From Candidatus Saccharimonadota bacterium (lineage in GTDB: Bacteria > Patescibacteriota > Saccharimonadia > Saccharimonadales > UBA4665), in the NCBI GenBank assembly GCA_003516025.1, contig CP023991.1:871374-903373 (forward strand): DNA of 32,000 nucleotides, written 5' to 3'. The position numbers were made by a program, and so were the translations under genes. Below, piece after piece: positions 1 to 9,421 of this stretch. How positions within the stretch are numbered: position 1 is the stretch's first letter; each line of letters opens with the position of its first letter. The notes under the pieces were generated by a model. It had not been told where the DNA came from. It did no database searches and worked only from the letters and a program-made list of their open reading frames with translations.

Positions 1-1
1 A

Positions 2-1321
2 TGGTTGCGGATACTCAAGAGTACCGAACCATTAATCGTGCTTGGGCCGCGCTCCGCCTTGTTCGCGCCAATCCGCACTCCTATCGGTCTGATTGTGGTC
101 GACGAGTCTCATGAACCGGCCTACAAGCAGGAACAGGCGCCGCACTACCACGCGGTCAGGGTCGCTTCGCAGCTGGCGCATTTGTATAAGGCGACTCTCA
201 TTCTCGGCTCGGCTACACCCTCAATTAATGATTATTATGTAGCCGAGCGGCTCAAAAAACCGATTCTGCGCATGACCCATCCTGCTCGTGCCCGTCAGGA
301 TTCAACCGTTACAACCGAGCTGGTGGATCTCAAAGACCGTGGCCAGTTCAGCCGCTCGTCGTATATTTCCGATGCGCTGATCGCCGCGGTTAAAAATAGT
401 ATGTCCCGCGGCGAACAGAGCCTGCTGTATCTGAACCGGCGCGGAACGGCGCGGGTAATTCTGTGCAATAACTGCGGCTGGCAAGCAGTTTGCCCGCACT
501 GTGACCTGCCACTGACTTACCACCATGACCTGCATGTATTACAGTGCCACACCTGCGGTTACCATGAGGCAGTCCGCACGTCGTGCCCGGAATGCGCTAA
601 CACAGAGATCGTTTTCAAAGTCGTCGGCACCAAAGCGGTCGAAGAAGAAGTGAAGCGTTTGTTTCCGCAGGCCCGTGTAATGCGCTTTGACACCGACAAT
701 AAAAAAGCCGAGCGCTTCGAGCAACACTACGAAGCGGTTCGGGCCGGTGAAATTGATATCCTCGTCGGCACGCAGTTACTGGCCAAGGGGCTCGACCTGC
801 CGAAACTTACCACGCTGGGAGTGGTGATAGCCGACACATCGTTAACATTCCCCGACTATTCCGCGGAAGAACGGACCTACCAGTTACTCAACCAGGTGAT
901 CGGCCGGGTGGGCCGCGGCCACTCCGACCAGGAAAAAATTATTGTCCAGTCGTACGATCCAACACGCCCGGTTATCACAGCCGCCTTAAGCAGCGACTGG
1001 GATACGTTTTACAAAACCGAAATATCCGAACGCCAGCTATTCAACTTCCCGCCGTTTGTCTACGTGCTCAAATTAACCTGCCGGCGAGCCTCCAGCAAGG
1101 CCGCCGAGAAGGCGTCTGAACAATTTTTGTATTCAATTAAAGACTTGCGTTTACCCCTGTTAACCGAAGGCCCTACACCAAGTTTTCATACAAAAATCGC
1201 CGGGAAGTACGAATGGCAGATCCTCGTTAAGACCAAACAGCGCCAAGCCCTTCTGGAAGTCGTCAAGGCACTGCCAAAATCGGGCTGGAGTTACGATATA
1301 GACCCGATCAATCTGTTATAA
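2..1321 (+). CDS. priA: Primosomal protein N' / replication-restart helicase PriA, C-terminal ~440 aa (N-terminus upstream of window)
   Basis: The frame is open to the window edge. It shows the LIVVDESHE DExH motif, the PriA Zn-binding cysteine cluster CNNCGWQAVCPHC...CHTCGY...CPEC, and helicase C-domain motifs (QLLAKGLD, GRVGRG). It is followed by def-fmt. Confidence 0.9.
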   Translation, partial: WLRILKSTEPLIVLGPRSALFAPIRTPIGLIVVDESHEPAYKQEQAPHYHAVRVASQLAHLYKATLILGSATPSINDYYVAERLKKPILRMTHPARARQDSTVTTELVDLKDRGQFSRSSYISDALIAAVKNSMSRGEQSLLYLNRRGTARVILCNNCGWQAVCPHCDLPLTYHHDLHVLQCHTCGYHEAVRTSCPECANTEIVFKVVGTKAVEEEVKRLFPQARVMRFDTDNKKAERFEQHYEAVRAGEIDILVGTQLLAKGLDLPKLTTLGVVIADTSLTFPDYSAEERTYQLLNQVIGRVGRGHSDQEKIIVQSYDPTRPVITAALSSDWDTFYKTEISERQLFNFPPFVYVLKLTCRRASSKAAEKASEQFLYSIKDLRLPLLTEGPTPSFHTKIAGKYEWQILVKTKQRQALLEVVKALPKSGWSYDIDPINLL

Positions 1322-1331
1322 TAGTCACGAT

Positions 1332-1919
1332 ATGACAAAAGACGACATCATTACCCTGCCCAAACCGCGCTTGCGCGCGCGGTCACAAAAAGTAACCTTC
1401 GTAACACCGGAGATCGAAAAAGTTATCGCCGACATGGAAGCGGCCACCATCGACTGGGAAGCCAGTCGCAAGCATGAGGTGGGCGTCGCCCTGGCGGCAG
1501 TCCAGATCGATCAGTTGAAGCGCGTCGTGGTTATCCGTGACGACTTCAACGACAAGGATAATCATAATTTCACCGTTTTCATTAACCCGGAAATTACTAA
1601 GTACGAAGGCACAGTCGAAAAAGACTACGAAGGATGTCTCAGCGTGAAAAATGTCTACGGGCTGGTTCCCCGCCATACCAAGGTCCGTGTAAAGGCTATG
1701 GGGCTGGACGGTAAAGAATTCCGCGTTACCGCCGAGGGTTTTTTAGCCCGTATCTTCCAACACGAAATAGACCATACCAACGGCATCGTGTTCATTGACC
1801 ATATCCGCGACCAGGAAGACGCCTTTTTTACACTTACTGATAGCGGTGAGCTGGCTGCCAGCAATTACGCTGCCGAAATTAAAGATAACCCCGAACTATG
1901 GGAAAGTAGCGAAGACTAA
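1332..1919 (+). CDS. def: Peptide deformylase
   Basis: All three PDF motifs are present: GVALAAVQI, EGCLSV and QHEIDH. The gene starts 10 nt after the priA stop. Confidence 0.93.
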   Translation: MTKDDIITLPKPRLRARSQKVTFVTPEIEKVIADMEAATIDWEASRKHEVGVALAAVQIDQLKRVVVIRDDFNDKDNHNFTVFINPEITKYEGTVEKDYEGCLSVKNVYGLVPRHTKVRVKAMGLDGKEFRVTAEGFLARIFQHEIDHTNGIVFIDHIRDQEDAFFTLTDSGELAASNYAAEIKDNPELWESSED

Positions 1920-2849
1920 ATGGACAGAAGCGACCGTCCGCGTATTGTCTTTTTTGGCAGCGGCCCGGTTGCCGCCCGTTCGCTGGAGCTTCTAAGCACG
2001 CACTGCGACATCGAAGCTGTAGTTACCAAGCCGCAACCAGCGCACCACAAAGAACCCTTCCCCGTACTGGTCGTCGCTGAACGGCTCGGGCTAACGACTT
2101 TTACGCCCTACGGTAAAAAAGAGTTGTCCGAATTGTTTGCCACCAAACCCGTCAGCAGCCCGCTGGGCATTGTTATTGACTACGGCTTTATTATTAATCA
2201 GGACGTGATAGATTACTTTCCTCTCGGCATAGTCAACAGTCACTTCTCACTGCTTCCGGAGTGGCGCGGCGCCGACCCTATCACATTCGCCATTTTAAGC
2301 GGCCAGAAAGAAACCGGCATCAGCCTGATGCTGATTACTGCCGGCATGGATGAAGGCCCTATTCTGGCCCATGCGCCGTTCGTTATACCCGACGGCATGA
2401 CGACGCCGGAACTGACGGAAGAACTCATTACGCTGAGCGATTGGACGTTACAAGATATACTGCCCGGTTACACGAGCGGCCAGGTTATGGCAGCGCCGCA
2501 GGAAGCCGCCGCGCTGCCCGATCATACGGCCATAACGTATTCCCGCAAACTTACCAAGCAGGACGGCGTACTCGACTTCACCAAACCAGCCGGGCAGCTG
2601 GAACGTGAAATCCGCGCCTTCTCAGAGTGGCCAAAGAGCCGGACCGTTCTGGCCGGCAAAGATGCCATTATTACCCAAGCTCAGGTTATGGGGACCGACT
2701 TCGGTAAGCCGGGTGACATAGCCGCTAGAGAGGGACAGATTATTATACAGTGCAACCCCGGCTGCTTACGGGTTGATAAACTCAAACCGGCTGGTAAGGC
2801 AGAAATGCCAGCAGCTGCTTTTCTAGCCGGATACGGCCACTTATTATAA
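1920..2849 (+). CDS. fmt: Methionyl-tRNA formyltransferase
   Basis: The ATG abuts the def stop (TAAATG). HFSLLPEWRGADPI is the formyltransferase SLLPxxRG core, the N-terminus is a Rossmann-like IVFFGSG, and the C-terminal domain is of the usual length. Confidence 0.92.
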   Translation: MDRSDRPRIVFFGSGPVAARSLELLSTHCDIEAVVTKPQPAHHKEPFPVLVVAERLGLTTFTPYGKKELSELFATKPVSSPLGIVIDYGFIINQDVIDYFPLGIVNSHFSLLPEWRGADPITFAILSGQKETGISLMLITAGMDEGPILAHAPFVIPDGMTTPELTEELITLSDWTLQDILPGYTSGQVMAAPQEAAALPDHTAITYSRKLTKQDGVLDFTKPAGQLEREIRAFSEWPKSRTVLAGKDAIITQAQVMGTDFGKPGDIAAREGQIIIQCNPGCLRVDKLKPAGKAEMPAAAFLAGYGHLL

Positions 2850-2866
2850 ATAACCATATAATGCTA

Positions 2867-2914
2867 GTACTAAACGGCTAGTTATAGTCGTTTAGTACCT
2901 AAACTAGCCGTTTA
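2867..2914. terminator. Interleaved, mutually exclusive hairpins between convergent fmt and the 172-aa gene
   Basis: GTACTAAACG (2867-2876) pairs with CGTTTAGTAC (2889-2898). Alternatively TAAACGGCTAGTT (2871-2883) pairs with AACTAGCCGTTTA (2902-2914). The last arm overlaps the stop of the minus-strand gene. Confidence 0.5.
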
Positions 2915-3430
2915 TTGCGCGGGACCAGCTGGCGGTTGCTGTGATGGATACTGAGGATACTGTGGTGGCGTTTGATAGCCTTGCGGCGCCTGCTGATACT
3001 GGCCAGGCTGTTGTTGCGGCTGTACCGGCCCTGCAGGACCATAGGGATAAGGCTGCTGTCCAGGCGCGGACTGGCCATATTGTGGCTGTGGCTGCGGGGC
3101 CGAAGCTTGGCTATTCTGAGCCGCTACAGCCAGCATTTGAGGCGCGTACTGCCTGATTTCAGCCTTGAGCTTCTCGAATTCGTCGTTAACCACGTCCTTA
3201 TAGTTTGGAAAGTTTGTTTCCAGCCAGCTAAAGGCGCCCTTGTCATCGCTGGCGTCAACGAATTTTTCGAATTCATCGAGCTGTTCGTTACTCATCTGAT
3301 CCGCCAGGCGAACACCGACGTTCATTTCCAACTTTTCATAGATTTGGCGCAGCAATAGCTGCTTTTCCTGCTCTGGAAGCGCGTCCAGGCCGAGTTCTTT
3401 AATGAGGTCGTTATCGAGTTTTAATGCCAT
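2912..3430 (-). CDS. Small helical protein with ~70-aa Gln/Pro-rich C-terminal tail (function unknown; resembles small CPR-conserved proteins, family not named with certainty)
   Basis: A 172-aa ORF with SD GAAGGA 6 nt upstream of the ATG. The N-terminal ~100 aa look helical and acidic (LPEQEKQLLLRQIYEKLEMNVG...). The C-terminus is low complexity (QPQPQYGQSAPGQQPYPYGP...). Confidence 0.7.
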   Translation of the reverse strand: MALKLDNDLIKELGLDALPEQEKQLLLRQIYEKLEMNVGVRLADQMSNEQLDEFEKFVDASDDKGAFSWLETNFPNYKDVVNDEFEKLKAEIRQYAPQMLAVAAQNSQASAPQPQPQYGQSAPGQQPYPYGPAGPVQPQQQPGQYQQAPQGYQTPPQYPQYPSQQPPAGPAQ

Positions 3431-3462
3431 ATGTTTTCCTTCTACCTACAGTATACAGCCTG

Positions 3463-5244
3463 CTACAGGCTACGGGCTACGGTTTGGCGGGTGAACAGTT
3501 CAATGTGGTCGCCTTCTTGCAGCTCGACGCGGTTGGCAGTCTTAATGCTCATACCGCACATTTCGCTTTCAAAGATTTCTTTGGCATCGTTAGGACCGCG
3601 CTTGAGGCCGGTAACCTCGACATCGGCGATCTTCTCATTGCCGCGCATAACTTTGGCCAGGGCCGGCGTGACTAACTTACCCTTAGTAACTTCGCCACCG
3701 CAAATAACTTCCGTCTTAGTCGTTTTGAATATACCTTTTACGACAAGCCGCCCAAGATCAGTTTCAACGATTTCAGGAGCTAAGCGCTTGGTGAGTTCTT
3801 CACGTACATCATCAATTAACTCATATATGACTTTATACAAGCGAATTGAGACTTTATCACGTGACGCGTGCTGCTTGATGCCACTCGGCAGCGCCACGCC
3901 GAAACCGTAGATAACGGCGTCGGAAGTATGGGCCATGTGGACATCATTTTCGGTAATAGTACCCACACCGGAACCAACCACGCGTACAGCGACTTCGTCG
4001 GTATCAAGCGCCTTCAAACTGTCCATGACACTGGTCAGCGAGCCTTGTACGTCAGCTTTAATAATAATGTTGAACTCTTCAACTTTGTTGTTACGGTTAA
4101 TCATACGGATCAGTTCCGAGCTGTTCATGTCCAGGCGGCCGCCGGCATTCTTTTTGCCGGTAGCCGTCGCGGCCGATTCGGCGCGGGCAGCTTTTTCATC
4201 TTTAACAACCGTAAATTCGTCACCGAATTCCGGGAGTGTCTTGAATCCAGTAATTACAACCGGCGTAGATGGCGTAGCAGCTTTAGTCGGCTTACCATCG
4301 GTGGTTTCCAAGTTGCGGATTTTAGCATAGCTGGAACCGGCGACCACGAAGTCGCCCGGTTTAACCGTACCGCTTTCCACCAGGGCGTGAGCTACCGGGC
4401 CACGTCCCTGTTCTACGTGGGCTTCAATAATCAGTCCACGGCCGGGGATGGCCACGTCTGCCTTCAGTTCTTCGACATCAGACACGAGCAACAGCATGTC
4501 CAGCAGTGCCGGAACGCCCTCGCCTGTCTTAGCCGATACCGGCATAAGCACGATATCACCGCCCCAGTCTTCAATCAGGAGATCCTGCTCGGAAAGCTCC
4601 TGCTTGACGCGGTCAGGGTTAGCGCCCTCTTTGTCCATCTTGTTCATAGCTACGACGATACGGACACCCGCTTTGCGGGCGAAGCGTATAGCCTCAATAG
4701 TCTGCGGCTTTACGCCGTCGTCGGCAGCTACGACGATAATAACGATGTCAGTTAGCAACGCGCCGTGCTCACGGATAGCCGCGAACGCTTCGTGGCCTGG
4801 CGTATCCAGGAAGGTGATTTTACGAGTCTCTCCGTTATAAGTGTGCTCGATCTGATAGGCCGAAATATGTTGCGTGATACCGCCAGCCTCACCCTTAACA
4901 ACGTTAGCGCCGCGAATGCGGTCCAGCAAGCTGGTCTTGCCGTGGTCGACATGCCCCATAACGGCAATAACCGGCGGACGGCCGACAGCAGTATCACTGT
5001 GAGAGGTCTTTTCGCGGGTAGCGACCACCGGCGCGGCTGCTTCCTTTTTCTTGAGCTCGACGTCCAGACCGAGCTCTCCAACAATAATAGTAGCGGTATC
5101 GAAGTCGATACGCTCGTTCACGGTGGCCATGACACCGTTCTTCATAAGTTCGCCGATAACCCGGCCCACTGGCAGCATGAGCTGCTCAGCCAGAGTGCCA
5201 ACCGTTATCATGTCTTCAATCTCAATTATTGTTGCATTTGCCAC
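3463..5244 (-). CDS. infB: Translation initiation factor IF-2 (short form)
   Basis: G-domain motifs GHVDHGKT, DTPGH and NKMD are present. The ORF opens at GTG 5253, but that codon overlaps the SD AAGGAG (5258-5253). The GTG at 5244 sits 8 nt after the SD and is the likelier start. Confidence 0.93.
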   Translation of the reverse strand: MANATIIEIEDMITVGTLAEQLMLPVGRVIGELMKNGVMATVNERIDFDTATIIVGELGLDVELKKKEAAAPVVATREKTSHSDTAVGRPPVIAVMGHVDHGKTSLLDRIRGANVVKGEAGGITQHISAYQIEHTYNGETRKITFLDTPGHEAFAAIREHGALLTDIVIIVVAADDGVKPQTIEAIRFARKAGVRIVVAMNKMDKEGANPDRVKQELSEQDLLIEDWGGDIVLMPVSAKTGEGVPALLDMLLLVSDVEELKADVAIPGRGLIIEAHVEQGRGPVAHALVESGTVKPGDFVVAGSSYAKIRNLETTDGKPTKAATPSTPVVITGFKTLPEFGDEFTVVKDEKAARAESAATATGKKNAGGRLDMNSSELIRMINRNNKVEEFNIIIKADVQGSLTSVMDSLKALDTDEVAVRVVGSGVGTITENDVHMAHTSDAVIYGFGVALPSGIKQHASRDKVSIRLYKVIYELIDDVREELTKRLAPEIVETDLGRLVVKGIFKTTKTEVICGGEVTKGKLVTPALAKVMRGNEKIADVEVTGLKRGPNDAKEIFESEMCGMSIKTANRVELQEGDHIELFTRQTVARSL

Positions 5245-5343
5245 AGTTGACACTCCTTTCCAGCTCTCGTTTTCGTCCGGCTGTGTTAATTATAAATTCT
5301 ATCCATACTGTCTGCGAATAATTTTCCAAAGTGATGCGATTTG

Positions 5344-5386
5344 GGGTGGAAGCCAAGCGATGAATCGGAGTCGCTGGCTTCCGCCC
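5344..5386 (-). other. Strong GC-rich hairpin in the rpsA-infB spacer (processing site or U-tract-less terminator)
   Basis: GGGTGGAAGCCAAGCGA (5344-5360) pairs with TCGCTGGCTTCCGCCC (5371-5386), about 16 bp with one bulge. On the minus strand a TATAAT lies downstream of it, ahead of infB. Confidence 0.4.
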
Positions 5387-5413
5387 AAAATGCGCGCTTC
5401 AGAAAATTCTCTG

Positions 5414-6481
5414 TTAAGCGTCTTTGAGGCTTAACGCGATTTTGCGGTGCTCGGTGTCGATGTCGAGAACCTTAAATTGCTTCTTTTCGTTCAACTGGAA
5501 GATCTTTTCAGGATCCGCGCCGTCTTCGTTGCCCATTTCACTGACGTGAACCAGGGCTTCGACTGACGGGCTGATCTGCACGAAAGCGCCAAATGGCGTA
5601 ATGCGGGTGATCTTACCCTCTACACTGTCGCCCTTGTTGAACTTCTTAACATCCTGCAGCCATGGGTCTTCACTGGTCTGCTTCAGGCTGAGGCTCAAAC
5701 GGTCTTTGTCGATCGAGATGATCTTGGCCTTAACAGTATCGCCGACCTTCACGTAGTTGCGTGGATCGTCAACGCGCTCCCATGAGATTTCGCTGATGTG
5801 GATCAGACCCTCGATGCCGTCAACGTTAACGAACGCACCGAAGTCGATCACGCCGGTAACCACGCCTTCGACGTCATCACCCGGCTTGAGGTTTTCGAGG
5901 CGGGCCTGCATATCACCCTTTACGGCTTCCTTCTCGGAGAAGATAAGCTTGTTGTCCTTGCGGGAAACATCGAGAATCTTAACGCGCAGGACCTGATTGG
6001 TCAGAGCGTTGAGCTTCTGGAGGATTTCATCTTTGTCGGCACCACTGACGCGTGGGTAATGGCCGGCCGCAAGCTGAGAAACTGGCAGGAATCCGCGGAT
6101 ACCTTCGAGCTCAACCAACAAACCACCACGGTTAGCGTCATAAGGGGTGATTTCGATGACTTCACCGGCTTCGAAAGCGCGTTGCAGTTCATCCCAACCA
6201 CGATCCTTGGCGGCCCGCTTCATGGAAAGCAGCGCGTAGCCCTCGTCCATTTCCGGATCGATGACGCTCACGGTAATGGTCGAGCCAGCTTCCAGTGGCT
6301 GGCCATGGCCGATTTCGCGGCGCATAACGACTCCGACACCCCGGGCGCCGAGGTCAACCCACAACTCATGTTTCTTGAGTGTGGTGATAGTTCCTTCGAC
6401 AACGTCTCCAGCCTCAAGCTGTTTGACGTCGGACTGAGCAAGCAGCTCGTCCATAGTTAATGTATTTGTAGTGTCTGGCAT
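5414..6481 (-). CDS. rpsA: 30S ribosomal protein S1 (short, ~4 S1 domains)
   Basis: Repeated S1/OB modules are visible (GDVVEGTI..., GEVIEITP...GGLLVELEGIRGFLPVSQ, GDDVEGVVTGVIDFGAFV, GDSVEGKITRITPFGAFVQ). SD AAGGAGG lies upstream of the ATG. Confidence 0.9.
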   Translation of the reverse strand: MPDTTNTLTMDELLAQSDVKQLEAGDVVEGTITTLKKHELWVDLGARGVGVVMRREIGHGQPLEAGSTITVSVIDPEMDEGYALLSMKRAAKDRGWDELQRAFEAGEVIEITPYDANRGGLLVELEGIRGFLPVSQLAAGHYPRVSGADKDEILQKLNALTNQVLRVKILDVSRKDNKLIFSEKEAVKGDMQARLENLKPGDDVEGVVTGVIDFGAFVNVDGIEGLIHISEISWERVDDPRNYVKVGDTVKAKIISIDKDRLSLSLKQTSEDPWLQDVKKFNKGDSVEGKITRITPFGAFVQISPSVEALVHVSEMGNEDGADPEKIFQLNEKKQFKVLDIDTEHRKIALSLKDA

Positions 6482-6699
6482 TTCTTAGGTGCCTCCTTCG
6501 TAGTGTATTTCCGTGAAGCACGCCAATAGAAAGGCTGCTCCAAAGATTACTCTAATTATACCGCTATTTAAGGTGTTCCACAAGTGAGGCCGTCCCAGGC
6601 GGCCGCCCACACAGTTATACACACGTTTAACTCCGCCAGACTTATAAAACCGTACACAAGCGATGTTCAACCGGCGAGCGGTTTGTTACACTATAGTCA

Positions 6700-7551
6700 A
6701 TGTACGCAGCAGTAGACGTCGGGGGAACAAAAACTTTACTGGCGGCCCTAGATGATAACGGGGTTATTCTACAAAAGATTCGTTTTGAAACGCCAAAAGA
6801 CTACGATCTATTTATCCTGAGCCTCAAACGGGCGGCTACAGAACTGAGCGAACAGGGTTACCATGATTTTCAAGCCGGTGGCATTGGTGCTCCTGGCCGC
6901 ATCGACCGCGTGAATGGTTTGGGCGTTAGCTTCGGTAACCTGCCCTGGAAAAACGTTCCGTTGCAATCCGATCTCGAGCAGATTCTGCGTTGCCCGATGA
7001 TTTTGGAAAATGATGCTAAAATGGCCGCCCTGTCCGAAGCCATGATGGTTAAAGACGAGTTCCGAAAAGTGCTGTACGTTACCGTCAGCACCGGCATTGG
7101 ATATGGGTTAGTCGTTGATAAGAAAATTGACGATAATTTCAGTGACAGCGGTGGTAAAACCATCCTTATCGAGCACGAAGGTAAGCTTGCCCCCTGGGAA
7201 AGTTTCGCCTCCGGCCATGCCATTGTCGAACGCTTCGGTAAACGGGCCGAGGATATCCACGACAACGAAACCTGGCAGACCATTGTCCGCGACCTGGTTC
7301 CCGGCTTCCTGGAACTCATAGCCATTTGCGAACCGGAATTAATTGTCATCGGTGGTGGCGTGGGCACCTATTTCGCGCGCTACGGCGACATCTTGCGGGA
7401 TGAGCTGCGCAAATTCGAAACCCCGCTGGTTCCCCTGCCGGAACTGCGTGGTGCCGCCCGGCCCGAAGAGGCCGTCCTGTTCGGCTGCTACGACCTGGCA
7501 AAAGCCACATTTATACATTCTTATGAGGCACCTGATGCGCTCGCTCGCTAA
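6700..7551 (+). CDS. ROK-family sugar kinase (glucokinase-like)
   Basis: It has the N-terminal AVDVGGTK phosphate-binding motif, ENDAKMAALSE and IVIGGGVG. I do not see the ROK CxCGxxGC zinc motif. There is no SD; TATAGT lies 2 nt before the ATG. Confidence 0.75.
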   Translation: MYAAVDVGGTKTLLAALDDNGVILQKIRFETPKDYDLFILSLKRAATELSEQGYHDFQAGGIGAPGRIDRVNGLGVSFGNLPWKNVPLQSDLEQILRCPMILENDAKMAALSEAMMVKDEFRKVLYVTVSTGIGYGLVVDKKIDDNFSDSGGKTILIEHEGKLAPWESFASGHAIVERFGKRAEDIHDNETWQTIVRDLVPGFLELIAICEPELIVIGGGVGTYFARYGDILRDELRKFETPLVPLPELRGAARPEEAVLFGCYDLAKATFIHSYEAPDALAR

Positions 7552-8035
7552 AACCCTGTCCAGTACCTATCCGCACCTCAATTTCGTGCCAGGCACCTCT
7601 TTTTACTGGAGCCCGGAAACAAAAGAAGTTTTTTACGATGACACGAAGCACACCGAGCCTTCCAGTATCTGGTCACTACTGCACGAGACCAGCCATGGCC
7701 TGCTGCAGCACACCACGTACTCAGCCGATCTAGAACTACTACACTTGGAAGTCGCCGCCTGGGATCACGCGCTGATTTTAGCTAAAACGTTCAACATCCA
7801 GATAAGCGATGATTACGTTCAGGACTGCCTCGATACCTATCGTGACTGGCTCTACCGACGCTCGCTCTGCCCCGGTTGCGGTGCCCAGTGCCTGCAGAAT
7901 TCCGGCAGCAACTTTTACCGCTGCTTCAACTGCCACACCCGCTGGCACGTCAGCCCGTCGCGTTTTTGCCGTTCCTACCGGGCCCAGGCTAAAAGGCCGG
8001 CCGCCGTATTCGCCGACAAAAAACCGGGCTTTTAA
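7523..8035 (+). CDS. Putative zinc metallopeptidase-like protein (HExxH) with C-terminal 4-Cys zinc ribbon
   Basis: The track ORF 7343..8035 overlaps the ROK gene out of frame. The first plausible start is ATG 7523, which leaves a 29-nt overlap with the ROK 3' end. The product carries LLHETSHGLLQH (HExxH) and CPGCGAQC...CFNCHTRW. Confidence 0.6.
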   Translation: MRHLMRSLAKTLSSTYPHLNFVPGTSFYWSPETKEVFYDDTKHTEPSSIWSLLHETSHGLLQHTTYSADLELLHLEVAAWDHALILAKTFNIQISDDYVQDCLDTYRDWLYRRSLCPGCGAQCLQNSGSNFYRCFNCHTRWHVSPSRFCRSYRAQAKRPAAVFADKKPGF

Positions 8036-8716
8036 CTAGGATTTTTGCCGCTTACGATATATGCCTTTGCGATCCCTTTTAACTGGGCCATAAGTAAGAT
8101 TTTCAGGAAAAATGCCAGCTTGCTCGTCGAGCACCTTCTTAACGACACGCAGCGCCGCAGTCACCCGGGCCGGGTCACCACTGACCCGTGCTATAGGCAG
8201 CCGGACAGATAACTCGTTCTCCTGCCATGACGTACCCAAAGCTTCGTCAGATTCCGGCAAGTCATAATAACGATGCACCAGGCACTGAGCCGTACGACGC
8301 TCTTCTAGAGGTTGCGCGCCAGCGCCAAGCGCCATAAATGCCAGGGTACGGCCGGCAGCATCACGGGAGTGGTGTACGGACATCGGGAGTGCCGGTACTT
8401 CCACGGCGTCATTCATAGCCTCCGGCACGTTTTTCTTCAAATAATCCTTAAGCAGTCCGGCACTGCCCCGATCAAGCGGTAGTTCGTGCTGCTCATGAAA
8501 ACTCAGCATTTCGCCAGCCGAAATAAGGCTTACACGAGGATCGAGACTGCCAGGATACTGTACGCCTGAAACAGCCATTTTAAGCGGTGATCCGGCCGTA
8601 AACTCATCTACCGCGCTTTTAAAGCGGTCGATGTCAGAGCCGTCCATATTAATCACTGGACGATACAATTCAATGCTTGGCACCTGATAATCAGGTCCTG
8701 GTCCTTGTGAAGGCAT
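8036..8716 (-). CDS. Hypothetical protein, 226 aa, basic C-terminus
   Basis: An intact ORF with SD AAAGGA 7 nt upstream of the ATG. I recognise no motif in it. Confidence 0.6.
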   Translation of the reverse strand: MPSQGPGPDYQVPSIELYRPVINMDGSDIDRFKSAVDEFTAGSPLKMAVSGVQYPGSLDPRVSLISAGEMLSFHEQHELPLDRGSAGLLKDYLKKNVPEAMNDAVEVPALPMSVHHSRDAAGRTLAFMALGAGAQPLEERRTAQCLVHRYYDLPESDEALGTSWQENELSVRLPIARVSGDPARVTAALRVVKKVLDEQAGIFPENLTYGPVKRDRKGIYRKRQKS

Positions 8717-8773
8717 GCGCTATTCCTTTGCTGTCACTAGATAGTAACGTTGGTATCGTAAGACTTACTTGAA

Positions 8774-8812
8774 CAGTATAAAGGACCGTCCGTAGACAGG
8801 TCCTTTATACTG
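8774..8812 (-). terminator. Long perfect hairpin downstream of the first KGG gene (no clear U-tract)
   Basis: CAGTATAAAGGACC (8774-8787) pairs with GGTCCTTTATACTG (8799-8812). Inner GTC/GAC pairs extend the stem. Confidence 0.5.
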
Positions 8813-8823
8813 CATAGTAAGAC

Positions 8824-9024
8824 CTATTCTTCGGTCTTCTTGGAGCGGCGAGAGATGCGGCCACCGACAGCACCGGCTTTGCGGGCCAGTTCGCGGTTAG
8901 CAGCGAATCCGCCAGTGTGACCTAAGCGGCCACCCTTGGCACCGATCTTCGCGTAAAAGTCAGCACCATATTTTTTCTTATTAGTCGCGGCAGCAGCTTG
9001 GCCGCCAGCTTTAGTTCCAGCCAT
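8824..9024 (-). CDS. KGG-repeat / YciG-GsiB-like general stress protein, 66 aa
   Basis: A small Gly/Lys/Ala-rich protein with repeated G-x-K/V-GG units (IGAKGGRLGHTGGF, AGAVGGRISRR). A strong SD GGGAGG is present, and the gene is a paralog of 9203..9421. Confidence 0.65.
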   Translation of the reverse strand: MAGTKAGGQAAAATNKKKYGADFYAKIGAKGGRLGHTGGFAANRELARKAGAVGGRISRRSKKTEE

Positions 9025-9063
9025 GTAGTTAGAACCTCCCTTAAATGATAAAGATTTCAGTCA

Positions 9064-9107
9064 AAACAAAAAGGTTCCCGTACAATCATAGCGACCGTAT
9101 GGGAACC
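9064..9107 (-). terminator. Rho-independent terminator of the second KGG gene
   Basis: On the minus strand GGTTCCCATACGG...CTGTACGGGAACC forms a stem of ~11 bp (one G-U pair). It is followed by TTTTTGTTTT. Confidence 0.7.
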
Positions 9108-9202
9108 CTCTGTTTCAATGAAACTAAATATATACTATCACGCTATTGTTTAAATGTCAAACAATAATCGTAATAGGTAAGAACAAGTTAATTAAGGGAA
9201 AA

Positions 9203-9421
9203 TTAACTGTCTATACTGTCGTCTGCCTTACCGCGGCGGCTTAAACGACCACCAATCGCACCGAACTTACGGGCGCGCTCGCGGCCTTCCTTGCCGGCCG
9301 CAAATCCACCGGTATGACCCTTCTGTCCGCCCATCCGACCGATGCGCGCATAAAAATCAGGTCCATACTTCTTCTTATTGGTCTTTGCAGCTTCCGTACC
9401 GCCATCTTTGGTTCCAGCCAT
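9203..9421 (-). CDS. KGG-repeat / YciG-GsiB-like general stress protein, 72 aa (tandem paralog)
   Basis: MAGTKDGG...IGRMGGQKGHTGGFAAG...FGAIGGRLSRR is roughly 60% identical by eye to the 66-aa neighbour. SD GAGGAG sits 8-9 nt before ATG 9421 but only 2-3 nt before ATG 9427, so 9421 is preferred. Confidence 0.65.
   Translation of the reverse strand: MAGTKDGGTEAAKTNKKKYGPDFYARIGRMGGQKGHTGGFAAGKEGRERARKFGAIGGRLSRRGKADDSIDS

Noticed and set aside
3868-6460. Long antisense or out-of-frame ORFs inside housekeeping genes. Examples are 3868..4755 and 4765..5250 opposite infB and 5798..6460 opposite rpsA. Others are 6870..7367 opposite the ROK gene, 19497..20030 opposite gyrA, 21097..21543 and 22492..22884 opposite gyrB, and 23993..24922 opposite the ATPase.
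   Set aside because: The opposite strand encodes proteins with clear family motifs. The shadow ORFs are typical of ~50% GC coding DNA.
7343-7522. N-terminal extension of the 230-aa track ORF.
   Set aside because: It overlaps the ROK gene out of frame for 180 nt and has Cys/Pro/Arg-rich nonsense composition. ATG 7523 is chosen instead.
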